Assembly (NCBI GenBank): GCA_947625165.1
Contig: CANQNH010000001.1
Span: 1 to 60,922 of the forward strand
Length of the DNA: 60,922 nt
Source of the DNA: an uncultured Clostridia bacterium
Lineage (GTDB): Bacteria; Bacillota; Clostridia; Christensenellales; UBA1242
Direction of reading: 5' to 3'
The notes under the pieces: model-generated
What the model saw: only the letters and a program-made list of their open reading frames with translations
Told to the model about the DNA's origin: nothing
The model's database searches: none
Position numbers and translations under genes: made by a program
Shown here: positions 56,409 to 60,922 of the stretch, one piece after another
Layout of the letters: every line of letters begins with the position of its first letter
Numbering within the stretch: the stretch's first letter is position 1

Positions 56409-57764
56409 ATGGACAAGTCAGATTTTTATGAGGTCGTTGAGAAACTTATTGTTCCTCTTTTCACGGGCTCATATCTTGCTGGCGAAATGGAGTCCACTTC
56501 TCGCGATTTGGAGGTTGCACTTGGGCGCGGAAATTCTGTTCTTCTCAAGCCAACAAAAACGGATGACTATCGTCTTATTTTGAGGCGTGGGCAAACTTTC
56601 AAATCTTTTGAACTCAACCTTATGCGCGCCATAATTCGCGAACTTGAAGAAATTTCAAATATGGAAATAAGTGACAAGATGTATTTGGGGCAACTCAACA
56701 ACATCGCCATTGAAAAAGCGCTTATTGAAAGCATCACCGAAAGTGCAACCAGCACCATTCTTGGCATCATCAACGGGTTGGAATCTTGGTCAGCGCGCAC
56801 ATATGAGGGGGCAACTGTTCAACTTGGCATTTTTGTCAATCTGGGAGCGCTCACCGACAACACCAACACTGTTTCTTTCAGAGATGTTTTGACTGATGGA
56901 TTTTTTGCACTTTTCTCTGACGGAACAAGTTCTTTCATCGAATTTGACAGAGCGGGGAACCTTATGGGGCACGTCAATGTTCGCAACGCCAAAAATGTGC
57001 CAACTGTTGCACCGAGAATGTTTGAAAGAGTGGCAAGAGTTTGCAACGACAAGCGTGTGGGCATTGTGCTGACTGTGAAGGGCGACATTCTTGTGTTCTT
57101 TGCAAGGCAACTCATTTTTGCAAAACGAAATGGAAATTGGGGTGTTTATTCGCACGAAGAAATCATCAGACTTTTGCAAAACAACGCAACCTACACCGCC
57201 AAAGAAATCAGGCGCTCGCTTTATAACACTGCTTTGGACTGCTCGTTTGCCTATAAGGGCGCAAGCATCGCTTACATCAACAAAGACAAAACTTTGGATG
57301 CGCTCAATCATATTGATGCGGGCGACATCGTTTCGGAAGAGCATTTCAATATGAAAAAGCAAATGGAACTTGATGAGGCGGAAAAACTTTACAACCTTGG
57401 CAACGCGAAGGAAATCATCGAAAAATTCAGCATGACTTATGACGACTTCCTCAACGCGAACGAGTGCTATAAAACCAAAACGCTGAGAAGAATTATTGCT
57501 GGGAAAAAACTTTATGAACTTGACCGCAAACTTGTTGAGGAGATGACCTCCGTTGACGGTGCAACAATCATCGACTATGACGGCACAATCATCGCAGTTG
57601 GCGCAATCATCAAAATTGAGGCGGGAAGTTCTGGTGGTGGGCGTCTTGCCGCAACCACAACAATGGCAAAATATGGCACTGCAATCAAAATTTCGCAAGA
57701 CGGCATTATGCAAGGTTTCAGCGCGGACAAACGCGGAGAAGTGCGACAAATTTTCAATGTGTGA
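56409..57764 (+). CDS. hypothetical protein with divergent DisA_N (diadenylate-cyclase-like) C-terminal domain
   Basis: VDGATIIDYDGTIIAVGAII...GGGRLAATTTMAKYGTAIKISQDGIMQGF parallels the DAC motifs DGA...(G)TRHRAA...vvSeDG, but the RHR is replaced by GRL. The N-terminal 330 aa are unassigned. Confidence 0.45.
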   Translation: MDKSDFYEVVEKLIVPLFTGSYLAGEMESTSRDLEVALGRGNSVLLKPTKTDDYRLILRRGQTFKSFELNLMRAIIRELEEISNMEISDKMYLGQLNNIAIEKALIESITESATSTILGIINGLESWSARTYEGATVQLGIFVNLGALTDNTNTVSFRDVLTDGFFALFSDGTSSFIEFDRAGNLMGHVNVRNAKNVPTVAPRMFERVARVCNDKRVGIVLTVKGDILVFFARQLIFAKRNGNWGVYSHEEIIRLLQNNATYTAKEIRRSLYNTALDCSFAYKGASIAYINKDKTLDALNHIDAGDIVSEEHFNMKKQMELDEAEKLYNLGNAKEIIEKFSMTYDDFLNANECYKTKTLRRIIAGKKLYELDRKLVEEMTSVDGATIIDYDGTIIAVGAIIKIEAGSSGGGRLAATTTMAKYGTAIKISQDGIMQGFSADKRGEVRQIFNV

Positions 57765-57782
57765 CGAATGTTTTTCAGGCGC

Positions 57783-57811
57783 TTGACAAGTCGGCGCAAA
57801 TGTGATATAAT
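57783..57811 (+). promoter_or_regulatory. consensus promoter of RNase P RNA
   Basis: TTGACA-17 nt-TGaTATAAT. The predicted start site, about 7 nt downstream, coincides with the P1 5' strand. Confidence 0.75.
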
Positions 57812-57818
57812 GTGAGAA

Positions 57819-58162
57819 GTCAGTTGGTCAGATGGTCGCTGTGCGTTTGTGATGAACGCAGAGAGGAAAGTCCGAGCATCAAAAGAACAGAGTGCCTGTC
57901 AACGACAGGTGAAGGCGACTTCAAGGACAGTGCAACAGAAATAGACTGCCACTTTTTGTGGTGATGGTGGAAAGGTGAGGCAAGAGCTCACCGGGCGAAA
58001 GGTGACTTTCGCTGCTCTGTAAACCCCACTCGATGCAAGGTTAAGTTTGAGCATATGTGTTGTTCTTTCACGCTCAACAAAAGCACCGCTTGAACCTGTT
58101 GGCGACAACAGGTCTGGATAGATGACCGTCAAAAACAGAACTCGGCTTATAGACCAGGTGAC
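57819..58162 (+). ncRNA. rnpB: bacterial RNase P RNA
   Basis: The universally conserved P4 strands are present: GAGGAAAGTCCGAGC (5') and ACAGAACTCGGCTTAT (3'). GGAAAGGTGAGGCAAGAGCTCACC is also present. P1 pairs GTCAGTTGGTC with GACCAGGTGAC. Length is about 344 nt. Confidence 0.9.
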
Positions 58163-58167
58163 ATATA

Positions 58168-58199
58168 TGTGGTGTAGTATGCAGGTGCATAATACACCA
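58168..58199. repeat. palindromic terminator element, copy 3 (two arms)
   Basis: TGTGGTGTAGTATGCA-G-GTGCATAATACACCA lies directly after rnpB and is followed by TATTTTGTTTTTTT. Confidence 0.7.
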
Positions 58200-58261
58200 T
58201 ATTTTGTTTTTTTGCAAAAATTTGTTGTCTATTTTCAATTTTGAAAGGCAATAATTTTGGA

Positions 58262-59539
58262 ATGAGAAAAAAACGATATATTGAAAGTGCAACCAAACTG
58301 ATTGTCAATCGCATCAAATTTCACGCACCGATTTTGTATGATGACGATGTGGATTTGGACATCCTTTTGAAGAATGGCATTGAGATGAAAAAACCAATTT
58401 TCAAATTTGAGAAAAATTTGAATGGAGCGCTTTTGAAGGCTTTTGAACTTGCTCAAAAAGATGTTGATTTCACGCTGGTTTTGTGCAGAAGCAGTCTTGG
58501 AAAAACAAAAGAAAAGGCTCTGCAAAAAATTGACAATTTGTTTGTTGTTGACGAATGCACGCCAGCCAGACTTTTGCAAAGCATCAACAAACTGAACATA
58601 AACTATCCTTCTTCGTCAAACTTCAATCTGGATTTTCGGGAAAAGTTTTTCAAAATTGGAGGAAGGGCGCTCAACCCTCATTTTGATGATTTTTGTTTGC
58701 GTCAAGTTGCGATTTTTGACAACATTTTTGTGGACTACAGCGAATTTGTTTTGAATGGAAACAATCATTTTGCCATTTTGCAAAACAAAAGCGAGTTGGA
58801 AAAGAAAGTTGAAATTGAACTGAACATTCCACTTGAAAAAGGTTATTATTTTTTCAAGCGTCTGCCAAAGACAATTCTTGTTGAAAATGTTTTGACAAAA
58901 ACAAAAAGATATCTCAATTTTGTCTGTCGAAACGCCAAATTTTCGTTCTCTATGGTTGACGGGCTTGAAAATTCGGTTTTTTGCTGTGTGAATGTGAAAG
59001 CAACGCTCACTTTGAAGCCAAATGAGGATGGCTTTGTGTTCTTCAATTTTGGAGAAAGCAAGTTTTCTTTGGGCACGCAGGCGGGGATTGGGCTTTTCAA
59101 ACAGATTGCGTGGCAAAAATCTTGCGAGATTTTCAATCTGCAAATCAAAACAAAAAATCCAAAATTTGACTATCTTTTCAATCACACTCTTCCGCAAAAA
59201 ATTTGGATAAATTGGCTCAATGGCGAGGTTGACGAAAAATTGGAGGAAAAATATCTGACCTACAAACGCCTTTTTTTGAAAGAACAAAAAATTGAGCCTC
59301 GTCCGAAATGGGAAAATGCAAATTCTGACAAATCGGGGCTGACGCTTGTCAATTTCAAAGAAATCGGGTTGAAAGAAGTTGGCATCTTCAATGGTGAATA
59401 TTATAAAAGAATCTTCATCGTCAAGGGTGACGAAAGATTTTTGCGCGTGGGCAAGACTTTTTTCTATAACATCAACGGCATAACGGAAAATTCGCTCAAA
59501 AGCAAGCAGCCGATTTCTGTTTGCTTTGGCGTTGACTGA
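58262..59539 (+). CDS. hypothetical protein (about 425 aa)
   Basis: This long ORF has K/E/N-rich composition typical of coding in this genome. The 376-aa minus-strand ORF over the same region is F/L-rich and looks like a shadow ORF. The start may be TTG 58241 or ATG 58262. Confidence 0.55.
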   Translation: MRKKRYIESATKLIVNRIKFHAPILYDDDVDLDILLKNGIEMKKPIFKFEKNLNGALLKAFELAQKDVDFTLVLCRSSLGKTKEKALQKIDNLFVVDECTPARLLQSINKLNINYPSSSNFNLDFREKFFKIGGRALNPHFDDFCLRQVAIFDNIFVDYSEFVLNGNNHFAILQNKSELEKKVEIELNIPLEKGYYFFKRLPKTILVENVLTKTKRYLNFVCRNAKFSFSMVDGLENSVFCCVNVKATLTLKPNEDGFVFFNFGESKFSLGTQAGIGLFKQIAWQKSCEIFNLQIKTKNPKFDYLFNHTLPQKIWINWLNGEVDEKLEEKYLTYKRLFLKEQKIEPRPKWENANSDKSGLTLVNFKEIGLKEVGIFNGEYYKRIFIVKGDERFLRVGKTFFYNINGITENSLKSKQPISVCFGVD

Positions 59540-59605
59540 AAAATGCTGGCGTTTTTGTTTACAAATTGTCTGCAATTTGATATAATTTGTTGAAAGGAAA
59601 AAAGA

Positions 59606-60547
59606 ATGGAAAATCTGTTTGAAAATTTGCATACAAACCAAAAACCTTTGGCAGAAAGATTGAGGCCAAACACTCTTGATGATGTTGTTGGGCAGAAACA
59701 TATTTTGGGAAAGGGAAAAATGCTTCGAAGGCTTGTTGAGGCTCATCGCGTGCCAAGTGTGATTTTTTATGGCCCACCTGGAACAGGCAAAACAACGCTT
59801 GCACGCATCATCGCGGACACTTCAAACTCCAATTTTGTCAAACTTAACGCAATCTCAACCGGCGTGGCAGAGGTCAAGGCGGTTATGGAGCAGGCAAAAA
59901 AGGACTTTGAACTTTTTGGAAAAAGAACCTATCTTCTTCTTGATGAGTGCCACAGGTGGACAAAAGCGCAAAGTGACAGTCTGCTTGCAAGTTTGGAAAA
60001 TGGCTACATAAATTTTGTCGGTTGCACAACGGAAAATCCAAGTTACAGTATGACCAGAGCCATCGTGTCAAGATGCAGCGTTTTTGAATTTAAACCGCTC
60101 GACCTTGACGACATCAAAGAGGTGCTTCAAAGAGCAATCAACACTGATGAGGTGCTGAAAAACTTTAAAATTAAAATTGACGATGATGCGCTTGCCTATT
60201 TTGCAACAGCAAGTGGCGGGGATGTTCGAAGTGCGCTGAACGGCCTTGAAATTGGTGTCATCACAACTCCTGTCAACAAGGCCGGAGAAATTTGCATCAC
60301 CAAGGAAATCGCCTCTGAATGCTTGCAAAGAAAGGCGCTGTCGTTGAACGATGATGTTTATTATCACATTTTGAGTGCTTACTGCAAAAGTTTGCGAGGA
60401 AGTGACGCCACCGCTGCGTTATATTATGCCAACCGACTGATTGAGGCGGGTGTTGAGCCACAAATTTTGGCAAGACGGCTGATTGCTCACGCATCGGAAG
60501 AAGCGTTGTCCAATGTGCAAGCCATTTTATATAGAAATTGTGCGTGA
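59606..60547 (+). CDS. rarA: replication-associated recombination protein A (RarA/MgsA), apparently C-terminally truncated
   Basis: LAERLRPNTLDDVVGQKHILG, IFYGPPGTGKTTLARIIA and LLLDECHRW are present. YYHILSAYCKSLRGSDATAALYYANRLIEAGVEPQILARRLIAHASE follows. Similarity stops right after ASE, where RarA normally continues DIG.ADP plus about 130 aa. A stop follows 16 codons later. Confidence 0.75.
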   Translation: MENLFENLHTNQKPLAERLRPNTLDDVVGQKHILGKGKMLRRLVEAHRVPSVIFYGPPGTGKTTLARIIADTSNSNFVKLNAISTGVAEVKAVMEQAKKDFELFGKRTYLLLDECHRWTKAQSDSLLASLENGYINFVGCTTENPSYSMTRAIVSRCSVFEFKPLDLDDIKEVLQRAINTDEVLKNFKIKIDDDALAYFATASGGDVRSALNGLEIGVITTPVNKAGEICITKEIASECLQRKALSLNDDVYYHILSAYCKSLRGSDATAALYYANRLIEAGVEPQILARRLIAHASEEALSNVQAILYRNCA

Positions 60548-60922
60548 AATACCGTTAGAAAATAAGAAATCACTGCTAAATACCGACAAAAGCGAACTTG
60601 CGTTGATACACGAGCATATTCTCGAATATTGCGAGCAACCGAGAACGATTGAGGATATAAGGCGAGAGATAGGGTTTGACACAACAACGGATTCAATTCG
60701 CAGGTGCATTCTCAATCCGTTAATGAAAATCGGCAGGCTTAAATACTTTTTTGAATATAAATGCCACGCCGGCCAGAGATATATAAACGCAGATATCGAA
60801 GTCACAAAGCAGATGATTGCCAGGGTAAAGGATGAAAAAAACACACTGGCGAGAGAATATAAAAACAAAATTTTAAAGTTTTGCAAGACACCGAAAGGGC
60901 TCAGGGAAATAGAAAAGCATAT
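60513..60922 (+). CDS. hypothetical protein with winged-helix-like repeats, 3' end outside the window
   Basis: Open frame from ATG 60513 to the window edge. It is not in the track because there is no stop in the window. LIHEHILEYCEQPRTIEDIRREIGF and ILKFCKTPKGLREIEKH look like repeated wHTH units. Codon usage is richer in CGN/CCG than the flanking core genes. Confidence 0.4.
   Translation, partial: MCKPFYIEIVREIPLENKKSLLNTDKSELALIHEHILEYCEQPRTIEDIRREIGFDTTTDSIRRCILNPLMKIGRLKYFFEYKCHAGQRYINADIEVTKQMIARVKDEKNTLAREYKNKILKFCKTPKGLREIEKH

Noticed and set aside
56790-57749. 319-aa minus-strand ORF
   Set aside because: It is antisense to the 56409-57764 gene. It is Cys/Phe-rich with shadow-ORF composition and no RBS.
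58616-59746. 376-aa minus-strand ORF
   Set aside because: It lies antisense to the 58262-59539 gene and runs into the rarA start. It is F/L/I/K-rich with no RBS, which is typical of a shadow ORF in AT-rich coding DNA.

Overview
60.9-kb window from a low-GC, endospore-forming Firmicute. A Clostridia-like host is inferred from pro-sigma-K, a SpoIVFB-like M50 protease, ylbJ and the pta-ackA-rpmF-plsX-rnc-smc-ftsY block. Layout: (1) 1-5.9 kb is the end of an integrative, phage-related element. It carries an Xis-like HTH, a tyrosine integrase, a P27-like small terminase, a ParB-nuclease-like protein with a small methyltransferase, and a translationally coupled SplB-like radical SAM / DUF488-like / DUF1848 trio. 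It ends at an orphan tRNA/tmRNA 3' stub. (2) 5.9-7.2 kb holds an IS3-family transposase. (3) 7.2-14.6 kb is an accessory block: a DUF4062 (TIR/NDT-like) protein, then a cassette-like array of small orphan genes and miscellaneous enzymes. The units are separated by a recurring AT-rich hairpin placed at the stop codons and, for four units, by a shared ~60-nt promoter/5'UTR module. (4) 14.6-60.5 kb is mostly core genome: aquaporin, a MoxR-DUF58-VWA operon, nifS, two tRNA-Ser genes, scpAB, mnmA, fhs, degV, pta-ackA, rpmF, plsX, rnc, smc, ftsY, sigK and RNase P RNA. Embedded oddities are two single-gene islets bounded by duplicated tRNA-Ser 3' end plus terminator repeats, a HIT-RNase HI fusion, a divergent DisA_N-like protein and a three-copy palindromic terminator element. 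(5) From about 60.5 kb, rarA appears C-terminally truncated by a new insertion. The best candidates for an undescribed system are the hairpin-bounded cassette array with its DUF4062 and NDT-like proteins (7.2-14.6 kb) and the radical-SAM/DUF488/DUF1848 trio (3.1-5.3 kb). All family assignments come from motif recognition by eye, not database searches.
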